Assembly (NCBI RefSeq): GCF_009914755.1
Contig: NC_060927.1
Reading direction: 5' to 3' (one strand)
Length of the DNA stretch: 64,000 nucleotides
Source of the DNA: the human T2T-CHM13v2.0 reference genome, Homo sapiens
Part shown: positions 24,981-40,110 of the stretch, piece by piece
Layout: every line of letters begins with the position of its first letter
Numbering within the stretch: the first letter of the stretch is position 1
Notes under the pieces: generated by a model
What the model was told of the DNA's origin: nothing
The model's input: only the letters and a program-made list of their open reading frames with translations
The model's database searches: none
Position numbers and translations under genes: made by a program

Positions 24981-25115
24981 CCAGAAAAGATAAAAGCTAT
25001 CCTTCTACACAAAGTGTAATCAAGCCGACAAAGCCATCTAGTCTTGATGACTGAAGGGCAAAGTTAAAAAAGAAGGAACTTACGAGGGTAGGGCCAATGG
25101 ATGCCCACACCATAG

Positions 25116-25958
<843 letters not shown>

Positions 25959-28431
25959 CCCTCCCTTTTTTTTTTTAATTTGCTGGCAAAGTTACTTTGC
26001 AAGATGGAGGCTGAACACACTAGATACAGACATGATTTCCAGCCTCCTGTGCAGCTTATGAAGCATGCGGCCCAGGAATGGGAGCTTCTGGGAAAGGGAC
26101 TCCTAGCCAATAAAAAGAGTCTCAAGAGATGAAGACTGTCCTTCAGCTGGCTGCTGTCATGTCCCATGTGTTGCCTGGCTCTGCAGCAGCCATCTTGTGG
26201 CCATGAGGCCACAAAACCAAGTAGTTAAGGATGGTGAAGTAGAAGGAGTAAGAGACAGGGTCGTTGATACCAGTGATCAGTGAGAAGGACGGTGAACAAG
26301 ATGAAAGAGCTATGAATAAAATCAACCACATTTTATATTAAAAACAAAGCTAAATTTGGGGAACAAGTTGCCAAGTATACAGAAAAAGGACTAAGTAGAA
26401 GTAAGAAGCGCTGATTGATTCTTAGTCCTGATTCTAGTACTCGCCAGATGGATAATTTTGAGCAAGTTATTTAGCTTCTCTAAACATTGGGGGCTATTTA
26501 TTCTATTTCTCTCAGAGCTTTGTTGGTCTGCATTGTCAACTTGTTCAAACTTGAACTATACTTCCCCAAATCCTCTTCCCTATGTATTATTAATATGTCT
26601 ACGTTGAGTTGACCAAAAGAAAAAAAAACTGGCGGCATGAAGTTTGGAAGGTAAAAGTGAATCAACAGCCATTACTCTCTGAAGATCATTATGCTTGGAT
26701 ATAGTAAGGGACGGATGCAGAGGTATCAGCAGATCTAGTTTGTCTTCACTTTTTCCCATGCCACTTCTTTCCAACTGTCAGGCTTGTTACCAACAGTGCC
26801 CCAGGCCCCCCACGTCTCTGAGACACCAGTCTTCTACAGACTGCCTCACTGGGTTCCTCTTTGCTGTCTCACCACAGCAGCAGGATGTGCCTGCCCTCTC
26901 CTGTACTCCCTGGCAAACTCCTACTTCCTCGCTCACACAAGTGACTCAGGAGGACTGGTTGGTGGCTTTACTCAGATCCTCCTACTTTCCCTTTCGTCCC
27001 ATGGTTCTCAGCTTCTCCCACAATTGTATAAGGTCTTCTTAAACCACAGCCCTATTGCATAATATTCTGGATTCAACCCTGAGTGATACAAGAATCAAAT
27101 GAAATCATGGATCTAAAGCAATTAGGACAGCATCAGGCACATAAATTATTAGTTATTTTGTTATCATTATCATTGCTTTCATTGCTATTAATGCCACAGG
27201 ACTTAGAGACCCTGCTTGTCTGATTGCCTCATTCTGCAGAGGAGTAAACTGAGATTCTGCCAGGTGAAATGACTTGCCCAGGGTCATGCAGCTCAATTGT
27301 GACCCAGCCAGCATCAGGACTCAGGCCTTCTGATTGCCAGTCTCACCCTTTTTCACAGACTATACCCTGCTGCACAAATGAGCCTGGCATTCTGGTTATC
27401 ACCCGATCGTTATGATGCTGTGGGCTGCAAATACAAAACCTAAGTCAAACTAAACAATATGGAAGGCTTATTGGCTCATGTAACCAAAATGTTGAGAGAC
27501 AAGACAGATTTCAGACTTGTTATCATAATGTCTGCAGGGCTAAGCTTCATTTCCCTAGAGTTCTCTCAACCCTCCTTTCTGCTGTATCCTAGCCCTGCCT
27601 CAACTCATAGAAGCAAAAATGGCTTCAGTAGTTCCAGGCCTTACACTTCCAAGCTACAGCTATCCTGAGGAAGAGTCTTTGTAAGCCAAAGAACTGTGAT
27701 TCAATATGATGGGGCCTGTTTAGTTCACACATCCACCTTCACCCAATCTCTCTGGTGGGAGGTGGTGTGGTGGGATGAAAGGCAGTGATTGGCCTAGTCT
27801 GAGTCAGGTGCTACAAACCTAGAGCTGGCAGGATGGGAGGAAGGGGCGGGGAGAGTTCGCTTCCCTAGAATTACACAGAGCCCTAAATAGAAACTGGGGG
27901 TGGGGGTGGGGGTGGAGGTGGAAAACTGGAAGTGAATGCTGGGGAAGCAACATTTGCAGAGGGAGTGTTACATTTCTTGCCCTAGTATCTTTTCCCAGTG
28001 CTCTTAGTCGGTATTTGGATAAAGCCAGAAGGGCACCGTTTCCAAAAGGAATACACAGTGGTAGGTGATGTATTTAAAAGTAATGGTCACGTGATTAAAT
28101 ATTTATGGCCACTTAGTTTAATGTAAAACACCCATCAACCATTTCTGCTGAGTTTGTCCCATGTCCATGAATCATGGGGGTGGTGGGGGCATTGGGGCTG
28201 CGTGTCACTCCCGGTCTATGTCATATGAATTAGCCTAAAAAACTGAGTGCCATCTACCTGCTTGTGGGTAATATCCCACCATACAGAACTGTGGAGTAAG
28301 AAATCTGCCAGGTTGTAATAATGTTGTCTTTCTTGATAGCGCAGGCCAAGTAGAGAAGTAGGAAATTTTTCCTTTACCTTGAAATTTGGTTCTTTTTTGT
28401 TGGTTTTGTATCATTACAACTAATTTGACAT

Positions 28432-29282
28432 TGTAGGGTAGGAAAAAAATAATTTTCCCTCTAATCTTCTAAGCTCTCAGCTGAGACCCCCTGTAACAAA
28501 AGACAGATTAACAAGGGTAAAACAACAGAGTGTTTTAACATTTATACCTCACAAACACATGGGAAATACCCCGAGAAAAATAAGTCACTCTCAAAGAAGT
28601 GGCCTAGAACTCTGCCTTACATAGCATCTTCAACTAGAACAAAGTAAAAAGGGCGTTGGGGAGGCAAGTTATGGGGAAGGTGACCAGGAAATGAATGGTA
28701 AAAAAAGAAGTTTTGTTTTGCAGAATTTAATTTGGTTCCTTCTCCACTGATAAGAGTTTCTTGGCCAGGTGCAGTGGCTCACGCCTGTAATCCCAGCACT
28801 TTGGAAGGCTGAGGCAGATGGATTGCTTGAGCCCAGGAGTTTGAGACCAACCAGCCTGGGCAACATACTGAGACCCCCATCTCTACAAAAAATAAACAAA
28901 ATTAGCTAAACATTGTGGTGTGCGCCTGTAGTTCTAGCTACTCAGGAGGTCGAGGTGGGAGGATTGCTTGAGCTCAGGAGGTTGAGGCTACAGTAAGCCG
29001 TGATTGTGCCACTGCACTCCAGCCTGGGCAACAGAGTGAAACGCTGTCTCAAAAAAAATTTTTTTTTCTTGAGATTTAGTCATCCTTTTTCTGGTACAGA
29101 GTGGGAGACACCATTACAAATAGAGACTTCCTTTATAGATGCAAATTTCCCTTACAAAAGGGTAACTTCTACTTCATTTCCAGAGCTTCTCTTTTGTTGC
29201 TGTGTTTCTCAAAATAATCAGTTCAAAATAATTCTTATGCCAAGGAGGCATATTTTTGGGTGGCATATTCCAGTCCCCTACA
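28432..29282 (-). mobile_element. MER34/LTR48-group LTR with a nested Alu (+, 28763-29058)
   Basis: TGTAGGG...CCCCTACA termini; TCAAAATAATCAGTTCAAAATAATTCTTATGCCAAGGAGGCATATTTTTGGGTGGCATATTC. Confidence 0.65.
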
Positions 29283-29299
29283 ACAAATAAATAACACAC

Positions 29300-29900
29300 A
29301 CTAACATGCACAAAGTTTAGGTTTTCAGTTGAACGAGTATTGATAATTGTATACACCTGGGTAACCACTAGCCAAAATAAGATACAGAACATTTGCTTCA
29401 TAGCTGAAAGTTCCTTGATGTGCCTTCTGAGTCAATCCCCAACCCCCGTACTAAGAACCACTATGATTTCTCTCAATGTAGATTAGATTTTTATGTCTTC
29501 TTGGATTCTACTTAAATGAATGAGGTAGTATGCACTCTTTTATGTCTGGCTTCTTGTAATCTTTTTGAGATTCACTACATTGCTGTGTGTAGAAGTAGTG
29601 TGCTCCTTTTAATTGCTGAGTAGTGTTCCATTGTATGACTCTGCCATAATTTTGTTTATCCACTCCTCAGAGAATGGACATTTAAATTGTTCCCAATTTT
29701 GGCTGTTATGGAAAAAATGCTGTACACATTCTTGTATAATTCTTTTTGTGCGATGTTTTTATTGCTCTTGAGAAAATACCCAAGAGTGGACTCGCTGGGT
29801 CTTAGGATGGATGGATGTTTAATTGATCAGAAATTGCTAAATAGTTCTCTAAAGTGGTTGTGCCATTTTACAATCCCACCAGCAGGGTATGAATGTCTTG
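29300..29900 (-). mobile_element. Old L1M 3' end fragment
   Basis: TTTTAATTGCTGAGTAGTGTTCCATTGTATG...GTGGTTGTGCCATTTTACAATCCCACCAGCAG is typical reverse L1 3' sequence. Confidence 0.8.
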
Positions 29901-30159
29901 GAACTTGATCCTAATTTCTGATAGAGACTCAATGATGGCATCTTTGGATCTCAAAGGGCCATTTCTTCTCAGGTGAGAAGTGAGGTACTGCATGTGGGAA
30001 CCCAGAGATGGCAGCTTCTGGGGAACAGCAGTGTACAGTCCTATTATCTTTGATCTGTTCCCACCTCTGATCCATGCCCACCCACCCCTGCTCTGCTCTG
30101 TATCGCAGGAGGCTGACCCCTGCAGGCTGTGCTTCTGAGGATCCCTGGTTTGTGGCTCC

Positions 30160-30490
30160 TGGTTGGGGTGACCAATGGGAGGTGCTGGATTGGGTGTGGT
30201 CAATGGGAGATGCTGAGTTGGGTGTGTCCATTGGGAGGTGCTGAGTTGGGTGTGACCAATGGGAGGTGCTGGGTTGGGTGTGGCCAATGGGAAGTGCTGG
30301 GTTGGGTATGACCAATGGCAGGTACAGAATTGTGTGTGACCAGTGGAAGATACTGAGTTGGATGTGTCCACTGGGAGGTGCTGAGTTGGGTGTGACCAAT
30401 GGGAGGTGCTGGGTTGGGTGTGGCCAATGGGAAGTGCTGGGTTGGGTGTGGCCAATGGGAGGTGCTGAGTTGGATGTGGCCAAGGGGAAG
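30160..30490 (+). repeat. 28-bp minisatellite, 12 copies, inside an old ERVL (LTR33/LTR16-like) LTR
   Basis: Unit CCAATGGGAGGTGCTGRGTTGGGTGTGR with exact 28-bp period (30172, 30200, ... 30480). Confidence 0.95.
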
Positions 30491-32687
30491 CTCTGCGGTG
30501 AGTTTGAGAGGTGGGAGGCAGGGAAAAGGAAGAATCTTTCTCCCCCACACTTTCTGTCTCTGGCAGCTTTTCTTGGAGCCATGGTATGTCTTCCCTGGCA
30601 GCAGCTTCTGCCACACAGACCTGCCATGGCTTCAGCCTCCTCTGGATGACTCCACCTCCTGAATACAAGTAACACCATCTCTTTTTTTATTTTTTTATTT
30701 TTTACCTCTCTATCCTAGTAGTGGTCATGTCTTCCTACTGTGGCAAATCCCTGGGTTACCTCACAGTTCCCTCTTGTTTGCCTCCCAGCCCCTTCCTTCA
30801 TCTGTGCAATCAGCTCCTTACATTAAATTTCCCTTTGTTCAGATACTTAGAGCAGGTTCTGTTTTTTCTGGTTGGACCTTGACAGATACACACAGCATCA
30901 AGGATTAACAGAGACGATTTCAAGGCCAAATCACATCTGAGGGCTGCCAGGCAGATTTATTATCAAATCCTTAAACTGCAAAAATAGGACAACCTTCTTC
31001 AGAAACACCATCTGGTACCACACTATTCCTCTAATGTCTAGCCCAAATCCCTGCTGTGATGAAGTTTGCATCTGATAACCAGATAGAACCAAGCCACTCG
31101 GCCTCAAGAGCTAACGTGAGCATAGGTGTTAGTGGGTCCATGGGCCATGCCTTAGTACTGGCAGGAGACATTATTATGTTTATGGGAGAAGGAAAGGAAA
31201 ACGTTGGGAGGAAAAGGGATATTTCTAAGCAGTCACCATAATTGGATGGATTGACCCCAATTTTAGGTTGTCAGGCCACATGCTTCGTTTTCAAGGGAGG
31301 AAGTCATCTCTGTCGCTCCTCTGCCTCTTTCTTTGGGACTTAAAACAGTGCCTGCCGTGTAAGGAGATGATAAATACTTACAGAATTGAATTTGTTCATT
31401 CACTCATTCATTATGTACTAAGCACCTGGTCAATTGTTGATTGCAAGTGATAGAAACCCAACTCAAATTAGCTTTAACAAAAAAGGAATTATGGTAACCT
31501 ACATGATTCAAAAGTTCAAGGATATAATAGCTTCAGACATGGCTAAATCCAGGTGCTCAAATGAGGCATCAGGAGTTGTTTGTCCATTTCTCAGCTCTGC
31601 TTTCCACTGTGTTGGCTCCATTGCAGACAAACTCTTCCAAGGGAGGGTAGTGAGGAGGTCCTCAGTAGCTCCCCGCTGATATTCTATCAGAACAATAACT
31701 GTAGGGGAAAGAGAGAACGTGTCTTTTAATATATTTTTAGCAAAAATCTAGTGCTTGGCATTTACCAATTCTGATTGCCTCGGGTCTCCTGCTTCCCCTT
31801 GGCCAGGGCAGAAACGAGGGCACTTTGAATTAAACTCCCCCTGCCCCTCAGACTGTCTGCAACGCGGGAGGGGTGGCTCCCCAAAGGAAAAACAAGAATG
31901 CTTTTATCAGCAGAACAACAAATGGATGTTGAACAGGTAGGAACTGCAAATGGCCACTATGGGGACACTGATGTGATAGGCACTGTGGGCGAGGGGCAAC
32001 AGCAGGGAACCCACCAGTATTTCTGTCCTCGTGGTGCTTATGTTCCAGCAAGGAAGCCTGGTGAGGACCAAGTCATTAGACTCAAGGACGTGAACCTTCC
32101 ATGGTGGAAGTCCAGGATGCAAGAGGAACAGTCTCCTTGAAATGTGAGTTCACAGGCTGCCATTTGAATACTGTAATATCCTCAGATTTGGACAGGCTGG
32201 AAGCTAGAAAACTGGCTTCATGCCCACATTGGACACTCAGAATTTCAGTGATGTCTTCCAGAAATCTTTGCTGAAGCTACAGTCTAACAGATTGTGGTTT
32301 ACAAGAGATGCCAGGAGCCTCTGGGAGAATGGACTGTAAACAATTTGGTCACATTGTGGTGGGGGAAGGGTTGAGACAAGGAGTGGAATCTGTGGGGCTG
32401 AAGTGCCCTTTGGTTCAGCTTCCAACTTTCAAGTACATTGGAAATTGTGGAATTTTTTCTTTTCTAAAAAGCTTTTAAATTTTGAGATACTTAGTTTCAC
32501 CTCAAATTGTAAGAAGCAATACAGAGAGATCCATGTTTCCCCAATTTCCCCCAGTGGTAACACAAGATGGCAAAATTTGTGTTAATTGGTAACACAGTTG
32601 GTTGAATGATAACATTTCAATCAATCATAGCAAGTTGACATTGATCACTTCATTGTATCTTTACAGAATTCTGGTTGAAGGGATTGA

Positions 32688-33396
32688 TTCTCTTTCCCTC
32701 CCTCCCTCCCTCCCTCCTTCCCTCCCTTCCTTCCTTCCTTCCTCCTCCCTCCCTTCCTCCCCCCTCCCTCTCCTCCTCCTTCCCTCTCCTCCCCCCTCCC
32801 TCCCTCCCTCCTTCCCTCCCTCCCTCATTCCCTTCCTCCTTCCTTCCTCCCTCCCTCCCTCCTCCCTTTCTCCCTCTTTCTCTCCTTCCCTCCCTCCCTC
32901 CCTCCTTCCCTCCCTCCCTCCCTCCTTCCCTCCCTCCCTCATTCCCTTCCTCCTTCCTTCCTCCCTCCCTCCCTCCTCCCTTCCTCCCTTTCCCTCCTTC
33001 CCTCCCTCCCTCCCTCCTTCCCTCCCTCCCTCCTTCCCTCCCTCCCTCCCTCCTTCCCTCCCTCCCTCCCTCCTTCCCTCCTTCCCTCCCTCCCTCCCTC
33101 CTTCCCTCCCTCCCTCCTTCCCTCCCTCCCTCCCTCCCTCCTCCCTTCCTCCCTCTTTCCCTCCTTCCCTCCCTCCCTCCCTCCCTCCTCCCTTCCTCCC
33201 TCTTTCCCTCCTTCCCTCCCTCCCTCCCTCCTTCCCTCCTTCCCTCCCTCCCTCCTTCCCTCCTTCCCTCCCTCCCTCCTTCCCTCCCTCCCTCCTTCCC
33301 TTCCTTCCTCCTCCCTCCCTCCTCCCTCCCTCTTTTCCTTCCTCCCTCTCCTCCCTCCCTCCCTCCCTCCTTCCTTCCTTCCTTCCTTCCTTTTCT
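32688..33396 (+). repeat. Polypyrimidine (CCCT/CCTT)n low-complexity tract
   Basis: About 709 bp of C/T; I see only two purines (A at 32827 and 32941). Confidence 0.97.
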
Positions 33397-33920
33397 GTTT
33401 CTGTGTTTTTGCTTCTTTCATTTGGCTTGAGTTTGATTCCTCCTTCTGGATAGGTCTTATCTCCCTAATTGGATGTTGGTCTTTGTCAAGTGGCCCTGTG
33501 TCTTCTGTGCTTTGCATGGTGCCAGGCGTTGAGTTCAGGGATGGCAAGCCCTGATGCCTTTATTCATACATTGAATACTTGCTTAATGCACACCTACTTT
33601 GTGCATAGCGTGAGGGAGACAGTGGTGAATCAAAGAGACACAGCCCTGTCTTCATGGAGCTTATAGTCAGCAAGGGGAAAAAGACTAGAGAAAGAAACAA
33701 GTGAGCAACTAAATAAACAAGAGGGCTACAGATTGTAATAAAGGCTGTGATGGAAATGACATGGAGATGCGTTAGGGAGGGAGGTGCACTGTGCTACTTC
33801 AGGTGGTCTGGAAGGCTGCTCTGATGGCTGACTTCTCATATAAGATATGTGTAGCTGGAGACTTGATGTTTCACCACCTCCCTTTCAATGCTTGTGACAG
33901 CCATCTTTAGTCAATCAATG

Positions 33921-34519
33921 CGGTAGTACCCCATATGCACTAGAAATATGTTCCCAGACCCCCAGTGGATGCCTGGAACTGTGGAATGTATGGAAGCCTG
34001 TATACAGTTTGCACTACTTTCCTTTCCCTTCTTCACAATTTTATGGATAGAAAATCCATTCTTACCATAGATCTCAGCAACCTCAGCATAGGATTTTTTT
34101 TTTTCTTTCCACAAATTGAGAACTTTCACCATTTCACTTAAAGGAAGCACTTTATGGCTTCTCTTTGGCAATCTGAATCACCAGCATCACTACTCCTGCC
34201 CTTTGGGGCCATTATTGAGTAAAGTAAGGGCTCCTTGAACATAAGCACTGTGATGCCATGACAGTTGGCCTGATAACTGAGATGCTCCTAAATGACTAGT
34301 GGGCGAGTAGTGTATACAGTGTGGATACTCTGGACAAAGGGAGGATTCAGGTCCCAGGTGGGACAGGGTGGGGAGGAGCAGCATGATATTTCATCACATT
34401 ACTCAGAACGGCGTACAATTGAAAACTCATGAATTGTTTATTTCTGGAATTTTCCATTGAATATTTTCAGACTAGTTGACTGCAGGTAAGTGAAACAGAG
34501 GATAAGCAGGGGACTGCTG
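33921..34519 (-). mobile_element. MER44 (Tigger7-derived) DNA transposon with a transposase N-terminal remnant
   Basis: TIR-like ends CGGTAGTACCCC / GGGGACTGCTG followed by TA; ORF 33911-34171(-) MPKRSHKVLPLSEMVKVLNLWKEKKKSYAEVAEIYGKN resembles a pogo/CENP-B HTH domain. Confidence 0.8.
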
Positions 34520-34637
34520 TATATACTTTTAGCAGCCACTCGTAAGGAAGTAGATGTGACACATAAGATGAAACTTCTTTGCCTCCTTGACAGAATCATT
34601 CCTCAAGGAACATTGGGCAATAATGAACAAATCATTA

Positions 34638-35165
<528 letters not shown>

Positions 35166-38100
35166 TGGGTGGGGGGGCGCAGATGTTATGGAACTCATCA
35201 GATCAATAAAGAAATAAATCCAAGGAAAGCCTTGAACTTGCCTAAAATTTCATAGCTAGGAAGGGCAGAATAAGGATCAGAATGTAGCTGAACAGACACT
35301 AGCATAACCCAGGCATTCTGAAACTTGGGTTGCAAAAACATTACATGGCTTCATATGGTAAAAGCAGATTCCTGCCCTTGCCCCAGAGAGTCAACTGTGG
35401 TAGGTCTTGTGGGGGACTCAGGAGGCTGCATTTGCAACAGGCATCCCAGGGGCTTCTGATGTGGGTGATCCACAGACCAGACTCTCATAATCATTAGTCT
35501 ATGGGCCACCAATTTTGCCTCGTTTCCATAACTAACCAAAGGCTCCTTCTCACGGCTGCATCTAATTTACCCACTTATTCCTGTCCGGAGGTCCAGGGCC
35601 CCCAGGTGTCCTGTGCCACTGGAAACTCTAAGTAGGGAGGTGAAATGCTGACCTAGCCCTGTGCGATTTACCTCCTGCTGCCTTCTCCAGCCTCACTGTG
35701 CTCCCCATTCTACTTGCTGCAACTCCCCAGCACCGTGCTCCCCATTCTACTTGCTGCAACCTCCCTGGCTGCTTTTCAGTCTCTGGGATACAATGACCTC
35801 AACAAGCACCTGCTGTTCCCTGCATCCAGGACATCCTTTTTTCTGTCTCTTTACCCTCTGAGCTCCTACCCACTCTTCAGATCCTAGAGCTTGTCCCTTA
35901 CGGGGGGAAAGACTTTCCTTTTCTTCCTGGCAGGAGCTCCACTAGGCCATAGAATTAATTTTGTTCAATTTAAGGAATGGCACCCCTTTCTTAAGACATT
36001 TGGGATGCCACATTCCAGAAAACTGTCATAATAAATATTCAAATTTATAATGTCTATGATGTGACTGGCTCCCCCTAGAGTTGTGCAGTGTACAGCCTGC
36101 CCAACCATATGGGAGAGTCCTGTCTTGGTCAGTTTCCATCTCATTGCATCTCTTTGCATTAAGAACTTCCCCCTTGTGGGGGGCACTACTCTCAGTTGCA
36201 ACCTTAAATTGCAGTATTGATTATTGTCTCTTTACCCTCCCATGGTGTATATAGAGACTCTGTCTGGCTTTATCTATGTTTGGATCCCCAGGACCTAGAG
36301 TAGTGCTTTGTTCATACAAATCATTTAGTCAATGCTTGAAAAGCTTTTGCTTCTACACTGCTCTCAAAGTCTCCCTCAAAGAGCTCTTTCTCTGTGTGTC
36401 TTTCCTGACCTCCCTATGCTCCCTGGACCCAGGATGTTCCAATTGTAACACATATCACAAAGTATGGCCATTGCCTGTTTTCTTTCCCCTATTTTATTTT
36501 AACCCACCCATCCCCTAACACACCAGTAAACTCTAAGCTCCTTTAGAGGAGGGGGCATGCCAATTTGTTCATCTTTTGTCTTCCTCTGACTAGCCTGGTA
36601 CCTGGCAGTTGCTGAACTGGGTGCTGAATGCCTGGGAGGCGAGAATGCTGCCAGTCTACCCTGAGACTGAGAGGTGTAGGGGGTGATGGCTCTGCTTAGA
36701 GGCACCTTGTAGGGTGCCCCTCACTATAAGGACAGCTCCCAGCTCACCCCATAGGGCAGAGACCCCTGTTGTGCCAGCGATTTCTATAATACAAGCCACT
36801 TCTCATTCCAACCTCATTGCCTGATATGAGAATGAATTTAGGGTATTGTCTTTCAAAGGATGTCTTTATTCAGTCCCTGCCAGTTTCCTATTCAGTTCCT
36901 GCCAATTTCCTACAATACATGGCACCTAACAAGCTTCAAGACCCAGAAGCCAGAGGCAAACAGGTGCCCCAGAATGGGTGGAACTTGCAATCCTGGGTAG
37001 CCTGTGAACCCACTTTCCCAGCCTTCACAGTCAGATCCCTGCAGAATAATAAGACCCACAAATCTTTTGTCTGGAAAATTATCTTCCTGTAACACTGGAA
37101 GCTGTTACCATGGAAATAAAATAACCTATTAGCCCAAATCTACCAAAACACGGGAGAGGCCCGGCTGCATTTCCGAGGCCCTTCATTAATAAGGAGAAAA
37201 GCAGATTAACCTTTAAGAGAATTGACAAGAATGGCCATGACTTGCCGGATTATGATTTTCATGTTGAGTTTATCTGGGCTAATATCTCAGCTTGGAGCAG
37301 CCATGCTGAGTGGAAAAGAAAGAAAGACAAGACTCAGTTTGGAAATTCAAATGCCTGCCAGGTTTGGCTGGGCTTAGGTGTGTTTTTGTCTTTTGGTCTT
37401 GGCCATCCTGGACTCCTTCCCTCCTATGGATTCCTGGGGATGCCTCCTAACTAGACTAGTACACTGAAGGGAGAGCAATTTTCCTGTCTCCTATTGAGCA
37501 GCTGCTGAGAGAGGCAGGGAACTGCAGAGGGCTCCTACAGCACAGCCAAGATGCCAAACAGAAGCCGGAGACAGATGGAGCTGAACTCAGCCTGTCCTGG
37601 TCTGCCTCCTCCTCCCGAAGTGTCCTCAGTGCCAAATCCCAGACATGCAGGCTGCTGGGAGAGGCAGCAAGGACTTGCCTCTCCCTGTGGCTGGGCACAG
37701 AGGTTGCTGGCCCCAAGCAGGGATGCTCCATGATCTCAGCAGTGCCCAGCAGCCCCAGGTACACAGCAACCCAATACCAGGTGGCTAGTAGAGACCTGGT
37801 CCTGCACAGTTCACTGCTCCCACACCTGGTCAGCAAGAGCTGTCAGCATCTTAACTACTGGCAGGTGGGATGTGCCAGTGTCTTGACAAGTATCAAGAGA
37901 GACTCCATCCCAGGGAAACTGACAATGGCCATCCAAAGCTTGGACAGTGCTTGACCACAGGGCACAGATTACTGGGATTTTTTTCTTCCTTCTCTTTTGA
38001 TACCTTTTCTTTTTGAAGAAAGGTAGGAGAGTGGCTCTGTGAGCATCAGTTATCATTATTAAAGGCTCTGCTGCCTTGGGGACAGTGTTATGTCTTCCTC

Positions 38101-39926
38101 AGGTGTCTTTCATTGCCTCTGGTTACCGACACTGGGAAATGGAAGGCACCTGTTCATGTGAGCAGTGGCCTTGTGGTCTGAGACATGAGGTGAGGAAAAA
38201 AAAAAGAAGTCACCTATTCATCCTCCCATTCATGTTTAACAGGGTTGTGGTAGGGGCTGAGTGGGACTCTGTTTTCCTTGAATAAGCCCCAGTGGTCAGC
38301 CTGGGCTAACTGCCATCATGAATGAGTCCTGGATCTCAGCAGCTTCATGCAAGAGCGGGCTTACTTCTCGCTCCCGTCTCAGTCCAATCAGGGGGTAGGG
38401 CAGCTTTCAGAGGTCTAGATTCTTTCCATCTGTGACTCACTGTTCCCAGGGCTTTGGAATGCCTCACTGGATCCTAGCATCTTGCTGAGAGTTGGGAGAG
38501 GAGAATGTGGACAACCTAGAGGGGAGGTTCCAGGGGGCAGGCCACCTGCTCTTCTCCCATTGGCTAGGCACATGTCTCTCTCCCAGGGATAGGGGGATGA
38601 GAAATGTGGTTGAGCCCAGGCAGAAGAGGAGACTTCAGCAAGAGTCTCTTAACACAAATGGCAGATGCAGAGCTGAGAATAGCAGATACCCACTACCCTG
38701 AAGTCACAGTAGAGATTCTGAGTATCAGAGTGAAGGCGGTACTAGCTATTGTGCCACGTAGCATTGCCCAAGGTATGCGTGCAATTCAGATCCTTCAATG
38801 TGCTTCACATAAATGAATTTCCTTGAGCAGATATGTTTGGAAAACAATGAAAAAGACATGTTTCCTCCTGGGCATTCACATTGTGTGGTAGCATATGAAG
38901 GCTCTGACAAGTCCTGCATTAAAGAAAATCTATCATTATTTAAAACATTTCCCACAAGTACTTGACCAGGGACGTGTCATTATTTTTCTGCTTGAAAATC
39001 TAGTAACAGTTCTTAGAATCAATGTTCTAAGGGACATAGTTTAAAAAACAGACCTAGTACAATCCTACCTTTTAGAAAATATGTGTATTTTTGGCACACA
39101 AGTGCATGAGGCTCAGAATGAGGATTTGACTTACCCAAGATCAAACAGCTTGCCTCAGGAGGAAGTTGCAGGCCTGCGTTAGGTCCCAAGTAGACTGCTC
39201 ATTTCCCCAAACCTCTCAAATTAGGTCATGACCCCCAGGAACATGAAACTGGCCAGTATATAAGCTACAGATAAGGTACAGCATGAATACAGCACATCTT
39301 CTGAGGCGGGGGCGGGGGGTGCTATTTATCCATTCATTTGGCAAATAAATGAATAAACTGTGCCTCAGTTTTCTTACCTATAAAATGGGGATCATGGAAA
39401 GATCATGCATTTAAAAGGACTTAGCCCAGAGCTGGGGACTGTGTCTAAAAATAGACAAGCCTGGCCTCTCTCTTCATAGAAACTGCAGACCATAAAGGAG
39501 ACAGATAGTTAACTAAAAAAATCATGAATTGTGCAAGTACTAAGCTGAAATTGCTCAAGAGACTGATAGTGACAAGTCAGTAGTGGCTGCTGTGGATGGG
39601 ATGGTCCCAGAGAAGGTTCTCTGAGGGTGTGATGTTTCCACCAACACCTGAATAATAAGGGGGACTTACTATAGCAAAGCAAAAGAAGAGCCCAGTACAG
39701 GCATTGCACATAATAGATGCTCAGTAACTATTAGTTAAATGAATGAATGAACAAATGAATGAGTTGTGGATTGGGGTATAATGTGATATTTTGAGGTTTT
39801 CAGATAAAACACCTTGAAGTAATATCATCTTTACAACCTCAAAACACTGAAAGTGTATGTTTTCTCTTCCCACTGCTCTCTGCTGATAGGGTTAATTCAG
39901 TAGGAAAGTTCAAGATGTCTGAGAGT

Positions 39927-40110
39927 AGGTGATCTCAACCTTGGCATGACTGGCATTTGCCTGGGTAGTATGTCTCAGGGATTGTAGGATGTGGCGCAGC
40001 ATCCTGGCCTCTACCCGTTAGGTGCCAGTAGCCTTCTCCTTGCCCCCTAGTTATGACAACTAAAAACATCACGAGTGGGGGACAAAATTACCCGTAGGTG
40101 AGAACCACTG
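39927..40110 (+). mobile_element. MER20 remnant
   Basis: TCTCAACCTTGGCATGACTGGCATTTG ... GGTGAGAACCACTG. Confidence 0.65.

Noticed and set aside
30160-30490. Regularly spaced repeats superficially like a CRISPR array
   Set aside because: The units are head-to-tail with no unique spacers, there are no cas genes, and the context is primate
29868-30678. ORFs of 266 and 249 aa with repeating HTQPSTSHW peptides
   Set aside because: They are translations of the 28-bp minisatellite; the unit is not a multiple of 3 and several frames are open
32602-33547. Long ORFs of 202-283 aa rich in P/S/L or G/R/E
   Set aside because: They are artefacts of the stop-free CT/GA low-complexity tract
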